Shown here: one piece after another, positions 28,233 through 39,460 of the stretch
How positions within the stretch are numbered: position 1 is the first letter of the stretch
Layout: each line of letters starts with the position of its first letter
Assembly (NCBI GenBank): GCA_030141605.1
Contig: JAQGDQ010000184.1
Location: 1-64,000, forward strand
DNA from: Tubiluchus corallicola
Taxonomy: Eukaryota > Animalia > Priapulida
Direction of reading: 5' to 3'
DNA length: 64,000 nucleotides
Translations under genes and position numbers: made by a program
Notes under the pieces: generated by a model
What the model was told of the DNA's origin: nothing
What the model saw: the letters and a program-made list of their open reading frames with translations, nothing else
The model's database searches: none

Positions 28233-31200
28233 TTAAAATGATACTTGTACGCCCATAGTAATGGTTCTGGTAACCGGATAATAGTTTTTCTCTTCTACTC
28301 CCGGCTCCATACCATTTATTGGTGCTAATTCAGGGTCTATACCATCGTACTTTGTGAATGTAAACATGTTCCTACCACTCAGGTACACTCTCATGTCATT
28401 AATTATATCGGGGGTATTGAAAGTGTACCCAATAGAGATAGCATCTAGCTTAACCCAGTTTCCGCTTTGTAGGAAGTAGTCGGTGAGCTTCTTTGTGTCA
28501 TTTACCTCGTCCAGTTGAACACCATTTCCGGGATAGTATGCTTTTCTTAGCAGGTTTATACCTTCAAAAGCTTTAAGTCCGTAATACATGTTTTTAAGGT
28601 TCATGATTTTATGACCAAAAGCGCCCCTAAAGTAGAGGTTCATGTCAAAGTTTTTATATTTAAATGTGTTGCTAAAACTTGCAGTAACCTTTGGCACACC
28701 TGATCCTGCATGGTATTTTTGCTCATTACCTGCCCCTTCTGCAGGTATCTTTTCGTTGGTAAAGTTTCCATTTTCATCCTTTTTGTAGATCAAAAACATA
28801 CCATTTTCATCAATTCCTGCGTGCTTAAACATATAGAATGAGCCTATTGCACCCCCCTGCTCAAGAAGAATTATAGGTCCTGGGTTACCTGGGCCGGGAA
28901 GGTTTTTTAGGTAAACTTGCCCCTGCTTGTATACACCATCGGAGAATGAGACCAGCCAGTTTTTGTTGTACGCTACAACTCCATCCGCCATATACTCGAA
29001 GTCTCCTGTTTTTGCAACTAGTGCATTTAGCGATAGTTCTACTCCTCTATTCTTCATAGTTCCCACGTTTACCCATGTCTTTTCGTGAATATTGGGGGGT
29101 ACAGCCACATCATACTGGCCAAGCAGTTCATCTGAGGTGCGGTTATAAAGCTCCAGACTGCCACCAAACCTGTTATGTAGCATAGAGAAGTCAATACCTA
29201 TGTTAAAGTTAATTGATCGTTCCCACGCTAGGTTGGGGTTGTAGTTGTTGCCGGGGCCAAACCCCTTAATCCACCCTCCAAACATATAGTACTGGCCTGC
29301 TCCGGAGTAGAGCCTTTGCGCGTTATAAGGATCGAACCCCTGATTACCTGTTACACCGTAGTCTGCGCGGAGCTTCAGGTCGTCAAATAGTGTTTGTGAG
29401 CTCATAAAATCTTCACCTGAAACTCTCCATCCCGCAGATAAACCGGGAAACCATCCCCATTTGTTATTTGCACCAAACTTACTTGATCCTTCATGTCGTA
29501 AGCTGCCGGTAAAAAAATATTTATCCTTATAAGATGTAGCTACTCGACCAAAAAATGCGATGATTTTGTGTGATTTTTTATCTGAGCTCATCTCTGCCCG
29601 CCCCTCTTTTAGGTAGCTTCCCTGCTCAAGGTCATTATAAGTCAGCACATCGGATGGAAAGTCATAGTTTTTTGCTTTAAATTCTGAGAAAACATGATAC
29701 TGATAAGAGTATCCTCCCATAGCTTTTAGTGTAAAACCTTGTCTGTCGTAGATATAGTTTACCAACCAGTCTAGTACCCTGTCATCCCATGTTGAGTATT
29801 TTTTTTCTGCGGCTCCCCTTCTGCTATTGTTTTGTGAGTCGGTTGATGTACTTGGGGAAAAAAAGTAGTACAGCTCGTCGTTTGATTCTGTTGCATACAT
29901 TAAGGAGCTGCTTAGGTTGCTTGTAATATTTAGTTTCACTTTTCCACTTCCCATAAAATATTTTTTCTCTGCACCCCTCTCCTCAAGCTCCAGCTTCTCA
30001 ACAGGATTCCAAGTATTGTGTGCTGATATATAGTAGTATCTGCTATCATTGTCTGGATCCATAACAGGGAGGGTTGGGTTTAGCTGCATAGCCTGATTCC
30101 ATGCTCCATGGTCGGTGCGCTCCTCTTTTACAAATCTTGGTGCCAGGCTCAGGTCAAATTCAAGAAGTTTGTTAAGTGCTTTATGGCTTATGTTGACACG
30201 TGCTCCATACTCTTCTCTTCCTGATGCGATATCTATTCCTTCAAAGTTTCTATACTGAATGGAAGCACGGTAGTGTGTGTTTTCGCTTCCGCTACTTAAG
30301 GCTATGGAGTGGTTGTGTGAAAATGGGAAAGAGCGAAGCAGTTCCTTATTCCAGTCTGTCCTGTATCCTTCATCTCTGGATATACCAAGTTCAAGAAATT
30401 CATCCACAGAGAGCAGTTCAGGCTGGTTTTTCACCATATCTGTACTAATATAGCCGTTGTATTCTACCAGTGTATGACCTGTTACGGCACCCTTTTTTGT
30501 AGTGATAATGATTACTCCATTAGCGGCACGTGTTCCGTAGATTGCTGCTGCTGCCCCTCCTTTTAGAATGTCTATTGACTCGATATCGTTATCATCTATA
30601 TTTTTCAAATCGCCGCCTGGTATGCCGTCAACAATGACGAGAGGTCCTGTGTCTGCTGTGCGTGATCCCGCTCCACGAATCTGTATGCTCTCACTTGCAT
30701 TAGGATCAGAAGCAGCGGTACTTTGCACCGATACTCCGGCAACTTTACCCTGAATCTGCATCGCGGGATTGGTGGTTGCTGTATTGAGGAAATCTTTGCT
30801 GCTAACGTGTGTAACAGATGTAGTTAGCTCTTTTTTATCCATTGTTCCGTATCCGATAGCAACAACCTCGTCTAACCCGACTACATCATATTCCATTGAA
30901 ACATTTATATTGCTGCGTCCATCGATTTGTACCTCTTTAGATCGCATACCAATAAACGAGAATACCAATGTGCCGGAGCCTTCCACCTCTAAGCTGTAGT
31001 TCCCGTCTATGTCAGATACAATGCCAGTAGTGGTGCCTTTCACCATAACCGTTGCCCCTGGAATGGGTATTCCCTCTTGGTCTGTTATTTTACCTGAAAC
31101 TCTTCCCTGTTGCTCACTTTCAATAGTACCGTCATCAATGGGTGTTACTCCTGCTTCAGCACTTCTGGCCTGTAGTCCCCATATAAAAATGAGGGGGAGT

Positions 31201-31274
31201 ATGACTTGGAGTTTAACGTTAGATTTACAGAGGTGTATCATTATTAGATACGCCTCATGATTTTTTTTTTTCAT
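28233..31274 (-). CDS. susC: SusC/RagA TonB-dependent transporter, copy 1 (intact)
   Basis: CarboxypepD_reg-like N-domain, LDEVVAIGYG, plug ILKGGAAAAIYGTRAANGVIIITTK and C-terminal YYPVTRTITMGVQVSF. Confidence 0.95.
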   Translation of the reverse strand: MKKKNHEAYLIMIHLCKSNVKLQVILPLIFIWGLQARSAEAGVTPIDDGTIESEQQGRVSGKITDQEGIPIPGATVMVKGTTTGIVSDIDGNYSLEVEGSGTLVFSFIGMRSKEVQIDGRSNINVSMEYDVVGLDEVVAIGYGTMDKKELTTSVTHVSSKDFLNTATTNPAMQIQGKVAGVSVQSTAASDPNASESIQIRGAGSRTADTGPLVIVDGIPGGDLKNIDDNDIESIDILKGGAAAAIYGTRAANGVIIITTKKGAVTGHTLVEYNGYISTDMVKNQPELLSVDEFLELGISRDEGYRTDWNKELLRSFPFSHNHSIALSSGSENTHYRASIQYRNFEGIDIASGREEYGARVNISHKALNKLLEFDLSLAPRFVKEERTDHGAWNQAMQLNPTLPVMDPDNDSRYYYISAHNTWNPVEKLELEERGAEKKYFMGSGKVKLNITSNLSSSLMYATESNDELYYFFSPSTSTDSQNNSRRGAAEKKYSTWDDRVLDWLVNYIYDRQGFTLKAMGGYSYQYHVFSEFKAKNYDFPSDVLTYNDLEQGSYLKEGRAEMSSDKKSHKIIAFFGRVATSYKDKYFFTGSLRHEGSSKFGANNKWGWFPGLSAGWRVSGEDFMSSQTLFDDLKLRADYGVTGNQGFDPYNAQRLYSGAGQYYMFGGWIKGFGPGNNYNPNLAWERSINFNIGIDFSMLHNRFGGSLELYNRTSDELLGQYDVAVPPNIHEKTWVNVGTMKNRGVELSLNALVAKTGDFEYMADGVVAYNKNWLVSFSDGVYKQGQVYLKNLPGPGNPGPIILLEQGGAIGSFYMFKHAGIDENGMFLIYKKDENGNFTNEKIPAEGAGNEQKYHAGSGVPKVTASFSNTFKYKNFDMNLYFRGAFGHKIMNLKNMYYGLKAFEGINLLRKAYYPGNGVQLDEVNDTKKLTDYFLQSGNWVKLDAISIGYTFNTPDIINDMRVYLSGRNMFTFTKYDGIDPELAPINGMEPGVEEKNYYPVTRTITMGVQVSF

Positions 31275-31846
31275 AGACTTTTATTTTTTTATGTATTAAT
31301 TAATTTGCTTAAACTTTTTAGAATGAGGAGTGTTGTAACACTCGTCCTGGCTACACATTACTGGTTATTTATTCTTCATAGGCGGTTGATTTTTGATTGT
31401 TAAACTTCTAAATACTTCATGTCATGTTTTATCGTTTTTATATACTTTTCTTTTTTTAATATTTTATCAACTTTACCTACTGAAGGTGTTTTTGATCTGT
31501 TTGGCTATATGATTATAATCAAAAAAGTAGTGCAGGTTCAATGATTGTGAAATCATCTGTTTGTTCGTGTGCTATATAGTTGTATCCATTACTGAAAAGT
31601 TTCATTGCTGAAAATACAATAAATAATAGAGTTCGTTAAAGTTTGTTAAGATATTTTCGTTCGGGTTGATAGCTTTTTGAATAAGTATACTACCTTAAAA
31701 GCAGCCGGGCATGTAGGTTAAACCGTATATTTGGTTAGCTTATACTTAGTAGCCTCAGTTGTATCGAGGAGTGTTTGCATTGGAGTTTTACCGTAACAGT
31801 ATTTTCTAGTATGCGTACGTTCATCATTATAATAAATGTTTTTAAG

Positions 31847-31888
31847 GTAAAAAAGAGCCTTCCTTATAAAGAGAGGCTCTTTTTTTAC
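31847..31888. terminator. Intrinsic terminator downstream of susD copy 2
   Basis: GTAAAAAAGAGCCT-tccttataaagag-AGGCTCTTTTTTTAC: stem flanked by A and T tracts. Confidence 0.75.
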
Positions 31889-31919
31889 TTTTAAGCGAAC
31901 TCAAAAGGTTTATCAGTTT

Positions 31920-33881
31920 TTAGTAACCGTCATTTTGCTCCAGGTTATCATTTGTATTAAGTGCTCGTTGCGGAATAGGGAATAATTCAGCTTTGACATC
32001 CGTTTCTACATTTTTATTCCACCACTTCCCTTTTGTAAACTTATTGAAGCGGCGCAAGTCCATTCTGCGTCTTCCTTCTCCAATAAACTCTCTGCCCCAT
32101 TCATCCAGCATCTCATCTAAGTCAAGTGTTATGGTACCTCCATCATATTTTGCTGCATTCCAGTATGTACTGATATCGCCAGTTTCTGTAGTTGCCGCTG
32201 AGTAACTGTGTGGAGGCTCCCTAAGGTCGTCAATATCGCCAGCATCAAACTTGGCTTGCCGTGTGGCAGCTTCATCTGCCCCTATCTGGGTAAAATACTC
32301 CTGTCTCACATCATCAAGCAGTTTTGCTGCACCGGGGGTGTCACCATCTCGTAGCTTGCATTCTGCTAGCATATAGTAGATCTCGGCCAGCCTTACTACT
32401 GCGAGGTCTGAGTACCAGTTTCCCTCTCCTTCTTCAAAGGCATCGGGGTTTACGGGGTATTTATTCAGTCGGAAGCCTGTGTTTTCCTCTCCTTTAGTGA
32501 TACCTATACCGGGGTTTGAAAAATCACTGGAAACTGAAGCTAATTCTCCCTGTTCTGCATTTTCAAGGAGATACTTAAAGTTATGAGCATTAAGCAACTC
32601 ATCATATCTGGCATCACTTTCCTCTCTCCATTTGTTGGCGACCTCAGAAAAGCGTCCAACGCGATCAACAAAGTACAGTGTGTCTTTACCGGTTTGAAGT
32701 TTCCACTCCTCTGTGGCATCAGCAAAAGCTGGCATGCCACTATATTCGGCTTCCGGCACGTTCATTGTTCCTATAAGAAAAATTCCCTGTCTTTGGCCGT
32801 TGTCACGGATATACATAGGTACCCTTCTTTCATCGCCATCATAATATTTTTGGTAAGGGGACCCTTGGTCATATTTATCCATAAAAAATTGCCCATCAGC
32901 AGTTTGTGATGGCTGTAGATGTGATCCGTTACTTCCACCACCCCTGTCAGAGCGAAAAAAGCGCTTTGTCTGATAGTGATTAACATCAGTTGGAGTGGTA
33001 AGCCCGCTAAGCTGGCTTTTTTCGCATGGGAATGCCCATATTATGGCTGTTGATTTATGGTTATTGTGACTAAATTGCAGCTGCCAGTCTTTATCTAAAG
33101 AGTAGTTACCATACTCACCATCAAGTATTTTCTGGCAATACGTGGCACATTCGCTGAATTTGTCCTGTCCGATTGTAACACTGGCATTTAGATATAGCCT
33201 TGCCAGGAAAGCGGCAGCAGTTGCTTGGTCAATACGTCCATAAAATTCATCCTTTGTGCCGGCATTATGATTCCCGAGCTTACCTATATTATCAATAAAA
33301 GTATTCTCAATAAAGTCAAACAATTCTGTGCCTTTGCCGGCATTCGGGCGTGTGCTATTTGGCATATCATGAGTAAACACAGGTGCTTTGGGGCCAAATG
33401 CTTCAAGTATATACATGTGGAACATGGCAGCAAGAACCAGCATTTCAGACTGCATTCTCTCGATATCAGCAACTGTAAACCCAAACTTACCGGCATTGGG
33501 TTTAATTACGTATTCGAGATCATTATAATTACTGTATGCATAGCCTACTCCCTGATACATACCTCTCCATACAGTATAGAACTGGTTTAGCATAAAGTCC
33601 CATGAGTGTCCATGTAGTGCGACAAAAACTCCGCCATTGTACCAATGCACACCTTTTTGTGTTATTGCCATAGCATCACTGCTGAGCTCTGATGTGTTCC
33701 ACCATGAGCTATTTAGTTTTAGTGCCCATGATGTATGCTGATAGGTTCTGGCTGTTGCGGCGAAAACGTCATCAATGGAGTTATAAAAGTTTTCCGGAGC
33801 TATTTTATTGAATAGCTCTTCATCCAAGTTTATACACCCTGTCAATACGAGGAGTAGTGCAATTATTTTATATTTTCTCAT
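31920..33881 (-). CDS. susD: SusD/RagB lipoprotein, copy 2 (paralog of 26225-28201)
   Basis: Lipobox LTGC; collinear with copy 1 and sharing long identical stretches (FTQIGADEAATRQAKFDAGDIDDLREPPHSY). Confidence 0.93.
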   Translation of the reverse strand: MRKYKIIALLLVLTGCINLDEELFNKIAPENFYNSIDDVFAATARTYQHTSWALKLNSSWWNTSELSSDAMAITQKGVHWYNGGVFVALHGHSWDFMLNQFYTVWRGMYQGVGYAYSNYNDLEYVIKPNAGKFGFTVADIERMQSEMLVLAAMFHMYILEAFGPKAPVFTHDMPNSTRPNAGKGTELFDFIENTFIDNIGKLGNHNAGTKDEFYGRIDQATAAAFLARLYLNASVTIGQDKFSECATYCQKILDGEYGNYSLDKDWQLQFSHNNHKSTAIIWAFPCEKSQLSGLTTPTDVNHYQTKRFFRSDRGGGSNGSHLQPSQTADGQFFMDKYDQGSPYQKYYDGDERRVPMYIRDNGQRQGIFLIGTMNVPEAEYSGMPAFADATEEWKLQTGKDTLYFVDRVGRFSEVANKWREESDARYDELLNAHNFKYLLENAEQGELASVSSDFSNPGIGITKGEENTGFRLNKYPVNPDAFEEGEGNWYSDLAVVRLAEIYYMLAECKLRDGDTPGAAKLLDDVRQEYFTQIGADEAATRQAKFDAGDIDDLREPPHSYSAATTETGDISTYWNAAKYDGGTITLDLDEMLDEWGREFIGEGRRRMDLRRFNKFTKGKWWNKNVETDVKAELFPIPQRALNTNDNLEQNDGY

Positions 33882-33910
33882 TTGTATTTAATTTAAAATT
33901 TTAAAACAAC

Positions 33911-36900
33911 TTAGAATGATACCTGGACCCCCAGTGTAATAGTTCTGGTAACAGGGTAATATTTTCTTTCCTCTTGTCCAGCTTCAAGCCCGTTCACCTT
34001 TGCCAGTTCAGGATCTATGCCATCATATTTAGTGAATGTAAACATGTTTCTTCCGCTTAGATATACTCTAAGACTGTTTATTACATCAGGGGTATTGAAA
34101 GTGTACCCCAGGTTTATAACATCTAGTTTTACCCAGTTACCGCTTTGTAAGAAATAATCGGTAACTTTTTTAGCGTCTGATACTTCATGCAGTTGTATTC
34201 CATCTCCAGGGAAGTAAGCTTTTCTCAGTAGATTGGAGCCCTCAAGGGCTTTAAGTCCGTAGTACATGTTTTTCTGATTCAGAATTTTGTGTCCGAAAGC
34301 GCCTCTAAAATAGAGTCCCATGTCAAAATTCTTATATTTAAATGTGTTGCTAAGGCTGGCTGTGACTTTTGGTACACCTGAGCCTGCATGGTACTTATGT
34401 TGCTCGTTGCTTCCCTCTATTCGTATTTTATTATCAGTAAAGTTTCCATTTTCGTCTTTTGTGTAAATTAGGAACATTCCTTCTTCGTCGATACCTGCAT
34501 GCTTGAGCATATAGAAAGAGCTTATTTCTCCTCCCTCTTCAAGCAGGTATACCGGCCCTGGTGATCCTGGTGCTGGTAAATGCCCCAGAAACACCTGCCC
34601 CGACTCATAAATATCATCGGAGAATGATACCAGCCAGTTCTTATTATATGCCACAACGCCATTTATCATATATTCAAAGTCATCTGTTTTTGCAGCCAAA
34701 GCGTTTATTGATAGCTCTATTCCCCGGTTTTTTATGGTTCCCACATTTACCCATGTTTTTTCATGGATATTTGGAGGAACAGCTACATCATATTCGCCAA
34801 GTAGCCCTTTTGATGTTCTTTCGTAAAGGTCAATGCTACCGCCTAGCCAGTTGTCTAACATTAAAAAATCAACTCCTATGTTAAAGTTAATTGCTCGTTC
34901 CCATGCCAGGTCGGGGTTGTAGTTATTACCGGGACCAAACCCTTTAATCCAGCCTCCATTCATATAGTACTGTCCTGCTCCGGAGTAGAGTTTTTGTGCG
35001 GTGTAGGGATCAAATCCTGAATTACCTGTTACGCCGTAGTCCGCGCGAAGTTTCAAGTCATCAAATAGCGATTGGGAACTCATAAAACTTTCATCTGAGA
35101 CTCTCCATCCCACAGATAATCCCGGAAACCATCCCCACTTATTGTTTTCACCAAACTTACTTGAGCCTTCGCGTCTCAGACTTCCGGTAAGGAAGTATTT
35201 GCCGAGGTAAGATGCTGCAGCACGCCCAAAGAATCCGATAGTCTTGTGTGATTTTTTATCTGAGCTCATCTCTGCCCGCCCCTCTTTTAGGTAGCTTCCC
35301 TGCCCAAGGTCATTAGGTCAGTGCATCGGAGGGAAAGTCAAAGTTTTTTGCCTTGAGGTCAGAGTAAAGGTGGTATTGATATGAGTACCCACCCATTGCT
35401 TTTAGTGTAATATTATTTCTGTCATATATATAGTTTATCAGGAAGTCCAGTATTTTGTCATCCCATGTCTCATATCTCCTTTCTGCCTCTCCTCTCCTTG
35501 AGCTGTTTTTGGAACGGGTAGAGGTGCTGGGTGAGAAAAAATAACCGTCTTTATCGTTGGATTTTACTGCGTACATTAGAGAGGTGTTCAGGTTGCTTGT
35601 AATATTTAACTTCACTGTTCCGCTTCCCGTAAAGTATTTCCTTTTTGCTCCCTTCTCCTCTATAGATAGTCGTTCAACAGGATTCCATGTATCATGCGCA
35701 ACTATGTAGTTGTACTCTGATGGATTTTCAGGATCCATAACCGGAAGCGTCGGGTTTAGCTTGATCGCTTGAGAGAATGCTCCTGTGTCTGTGTGTTTTT
35801 CACTTACAAATCTTGGTACTAAGTTCAGGTCAAATTCAAGAAGCTTGTCAAGCGCACTATGGGTTATATTGATACGCGCTCCATATTCCTCTCTTCCCGA
35901 TGCAATATCTATTCCTTCAAAGTTTCTGTACTGAACAGAGGCCCGGTAAGTGGTTTTTGAGTCACCACTGCTAAGAGCAATAGAGTGGCTGTGAGATAAG
36001 GGGAAAGAGCGTATCAGTTCATCAAACCAATCTGTTCGGGCTCCTTCATCCCTGCTTATGCCAAGTTCAAGAAATTCATCCACAGATAACAGCTCAAGCT
36101 TATTTTTCACAAAGTCTGTAGACATGTAACCATTGTACTCTACCAGTGTACGGCCTGTTACAGTACCTTTTTTTGTGGTGATAATGATTACTCCGTTGGT
36201 AGCGCGTGTTCCATATATGGCTGCTGCTGCCCCTCCTTTTAGAATATCTATTGATTTGATATCGTTATCATCTACATTTTTTAAGTCACCACCTGGTATA
36301 CCGTCAATGACTATCAAGGGGCTGTTGCCTGCTGAACGTGATCCTGCTCCGCGTATCTGGATGCTCTCACTTGCGTTAGGATCGGAAGGGGATGTGTTTT
36401 GTATTGATACTCCGGCAACCTTACCTTGTATCTGCATAAGAGGGCTGGTGGTTGCATTACTGAGGAAATCTGAACTACTTATATGTGTAACAGATGTGGT
36501 TAGCTCTTTTTTATCCATTGTTCCGTACCCAACAGCAACAACCTCGTCTAATCCGACTACATCATACCCCATTGAAATATCTATATGGCTTCGTCCGTCA
36601 ATTTGTACCTCTACTGATCGCATACCAATAAATGAAAATACTAATGTGCCTGAGCCTTCCACCTCTAAACTGTAGTTTCCATCTATGTCGGATACAATGC
36701 CAGTAGTGGTGCCTTTCACCATAACTGTTGCGCCGGGAATGGGTACTCCCTCCTGGTCTGTTATTTTACCTGAAACTCTCTCTTGTTGCTCACTTGCAAT
36801 AACGCTGTTCTCAGTAGCTGACTCGGTTATTACAGAGCCTTTTGCCTGCGGTAAGCCTGCTAAAAGTATAGAAAGTGTTATTTGAGCAGTAATGATAGTT

Positions 36901-36950
36901 TTATAGAGGGGCATTACAGTGCAATGCGGCTCTATCTGTTTTTTTTTCAT
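33911..36950 (-). pseudogene. susC: SusC copy 2 split by a 2-bp-deletion frameshift at about 35315
   Basis: ORFs 35313-36950 and 33911-35269 match the two halves of copy 1. Copy 1 reads ACT TAT AAT GAC; copy 2 reads ACC TAA TGA C, two bases short. Confidence 0.85.
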
Positions 36951-37763
36951 GTAGTAATTTATTTAATTAATAATTTGCGTAATTTTTTAATCCTGTTTAT
37001 GCTTTATTGGTTATTTATTCTTCATAGGCAGTTGCTTTTTAAAGTTATTAAAGCTTGTAAATGATTTATAATTAGGAGTATATGTTTCTGTAAAGTTTTG
37101 CGGTATATGTTTTTGCTTTCTGCCTTTGGGCGAAGTGTTGTTGTTCCGCGAGACCGGGCAAAGCAGTATTGTGGAGGAGCTAATAACTCCTTGATGCAGT
37201 TTTTTGTGTAGAGGAAAAAAGTATTTTTAACCCTTTTTGAGACTAAATACGCGGGTGTGTGGGTTAAGTGTGTGGTAATAAAATGTTTTACAGTTTCAAT
37301 TTTTATACTTATTTTTTTTGATATTTTATCAACGATATCCACTGAGGCTAGGTTAGTTTGTTTTATTATTTTAATGTAATAAAGAAATAGAGTCAATTCG
37401 ATGTGAAAGAGTTATTAGTTTATTGTAAAACTATTTGTATATCAATATACTAAACAACTGAATGTTTTTTGTTACTGAAAAATTTCACTATTAAAGGTAC
37501 AATAACTTACACAACTAGTTAATTTTTGTTAAAATATTTTCCTCCGAATTGATAGCTTTTTGATTAAATGTGCTGTTACTGAAAATAGCAGGTATGTGGA
37601 TTGAGCCTTTTGCAGGGTAAAAGTTTGGTTCATGCTGAAAAATGGTCTGGGGAAGAGCTATTTTAGTAATGTTTATGTAGTATAAAAACAGGTTTTTGGA
37701 ATCAGCTTTAGAATCAAGGTAATAGGTTTTGGCTTTTCGTTATGAGGTTAAAGTTTTATATGC

Positions 37764-39206
37764 ATGTTAGAAGATCATATTAGGGGAGAAATAAGTGAGA
37801 AACTGGGCTTTGATCCAACCCCAGGCCAGGTTGAGGTAATTAAGAAATTGGCAAAGTTTATTGTTCATCCCGATGCATGTTTTGTGTTTTTGCTTAAGGG
37901 CTATGCCGGTACAGGCAAGACATCTGTGATAAGCTCTCTGGTACAGGTTCTGAGAAGATATAAGATACGAACTGTCCTGCTTGCCCCTACTGGGAGAGCA
38001 GCAAAGGTGCTTTCAAGGTATGCTGGCAAAGCAGCTTTTACAATACATAAAAGAATATACAGGCAAAAGGCTGTTCTGGATGGAGTGGGTAAGTTTATAT
38101 TAGACAAGAATTTTTATAAAGATACAATCTTTGTAGTTGATGAGGCCTCAATGGTTTCTAATGAGCATACAGGGGAGTCTGCCTTTGGCATGGGAAGGCT
38201 TCTTGATGATCTTATTGAGTATGTGTATAGTGGCCGCAATTGCCGGTTGGTTTTTGTTGGGGATTTAGCACAGCTTCCTCCGGTCGGATTGGAAGTTAGT
38301 CCTGCTTTGGATGAAAATAAACTTAGTGGCTACAACCTTGAGGTTATCACGGGAACGCTTAGTGATGTTGTGAGGCAGAGTGAGAAATCGGGAATACTTT
38401 TTAATGCGACTGAAGTACGCAAAGTGATTGCCAATGATGGTATGAGCTATGGAGAGGGGTGGCCGGTGAGAATAACCTGCTTTAGCGATGTTGAGCGTGT
38501 TAGCGGAGAGGAGTTGGTGGAGAAAGTATCGGACAGCTATAGTAGTGTGGGTGAGAGCGAAACAATAATTGTTACGCGTTCTAACAAAAGAGCCAATATG
38601 TTTAATGAAGGGATACGCAGAATGGTATTGTACAGGGAGGATGAGATTTGTATTGGAGATATGCTTATGGTAGTGAGAAACAACTATTTTTGGTTGGGTG
38701 AGGAAGAGGGGGCCGGGGCTGGTTTTATCGCAAATGGAGATACTGCAGAGATTGTACGGATAAGACGGTATGAGGAGATGTACGGTTTCAGATTTGCTGA
38801 TTTAACCCTCCGTTTTATTGATTATAAAGATATGGAAGTTGATTGTAAAATATTTCTTGATACTCTAATGCTTGATACCCCCTCTTTTAACAGCGACTAC
38901 AATAGAAGGCTTTTTGGTGCTGTCTCCGAAGATTATGCTAACATTAAGAGTAGGAGAAAGATGTGGGAAGAGGTAAGGAAGAATGAGTATTTTAATGCGT
39001 TGCAGGTTAAGTTTGCCTATGCTGTCACTTGCCATAAATCTCAAGGGGGGCAGTGGAAACATGTATTTATAGATCATGGATATGTTGTAGAGGGGATGCT
39101 TGATAAAAACTACTTACGCTGGATGTATACAGCTTTTACCCGTCCTACTGAGAAGCTATTTTTGGTTAATTTTAATAGTTCATTTTTTGTGGAAAGAGGA
39201 GGGTAG
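37764..39206 (+). CDS. RecD-like ATP-dependent SF1 DNA helicase
   Basis: Walker A GYAGTGKT, LAPTGRAA, VDEASM, GDLAQLPPV, YAVTCHKSQGGQW and YTAFTR motifs. Confidence 0.9.
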   Translation: MLEDHIRGEISEKLGFDPTPGQVEVIKKLAKFIVHPDACFVFLLKGYAGTGKTSVISSLVQVLRRYKIRTVLLAPTGRAAKVLSRYAGKAAFTIHKRIYRQKAVLDGVGKFILDKNFYKDTIFVVDEASMVSNEHTGESAFGMGRLLDDLIEYVYSGRNCRLVFVGDLAQLPPVGLEVSPALDENKLSGYNLEVITGTLSDVVRQSEKSGILFNATEVRKVIANDGMSYGEGWPVRITCFSDVERVSGEELVEKVSDSYSSVGESETIIVTRSNKRANMFNEGIRRMVLYREDEICIGDMLMVVRNNYFWLGEEEGAGAGFIANGDTAEIVRIRRYEEMYGFRFADLTLRFIDYKDMEVDCKIFLDTLMLDTPSFNSDYNRRLFGAVSEDYANIKSRRKMWEEVRKNEYFNALQVKFAYAVTCHKSQGGQWKHVFIDHGYVVEGMLDKNYLRWMYTAFTRPTEKLFLVNFNSSFFVERGG

Positions 39207-39460
39207 CCCAGGTCAATTATATTGTATTCTTAAGATTGGAATAAATTAATAAGTTTGTTTTGTAATGCCTATCAAACATTGTTTCATACAAGTGTGTAAA
39301 TAAAAAAACCCCCTCAGGTTTTTAATTTAGAGTTGAACCCCTTTTTTTCAAATTTTGTAAGCTTCCCAAAAAAATAGGACCATTCAAAAATAGAGTCTTA
39401 AAAATAAGATTTTCTCACATAAGCTCCATTGATGTTTTGTAAAAGTTCTTTTTTTCTTTA

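Noticed and set aside
31261-31271. Poly(A)11 after the susC start codon (A9 in copy 2) as a slippage switch
   Set aside because: It encodes an ordinary MKKK signal-peptide start in an AT-rich genome; variation cannot be shown without reads.
37022-37396. 124-aa minus-strand ORF upstream of susC copy 2
   Set aside because: No recognisable motif, not preserved in the copy 1 leader, and it overlaps conserved leader elements; probably spurious.
26225-37600. Invertible susC/susD shufflon
   Set aside because: The copies are in direct orientation, with no flanking inverted repeats or recombinase gene seen.
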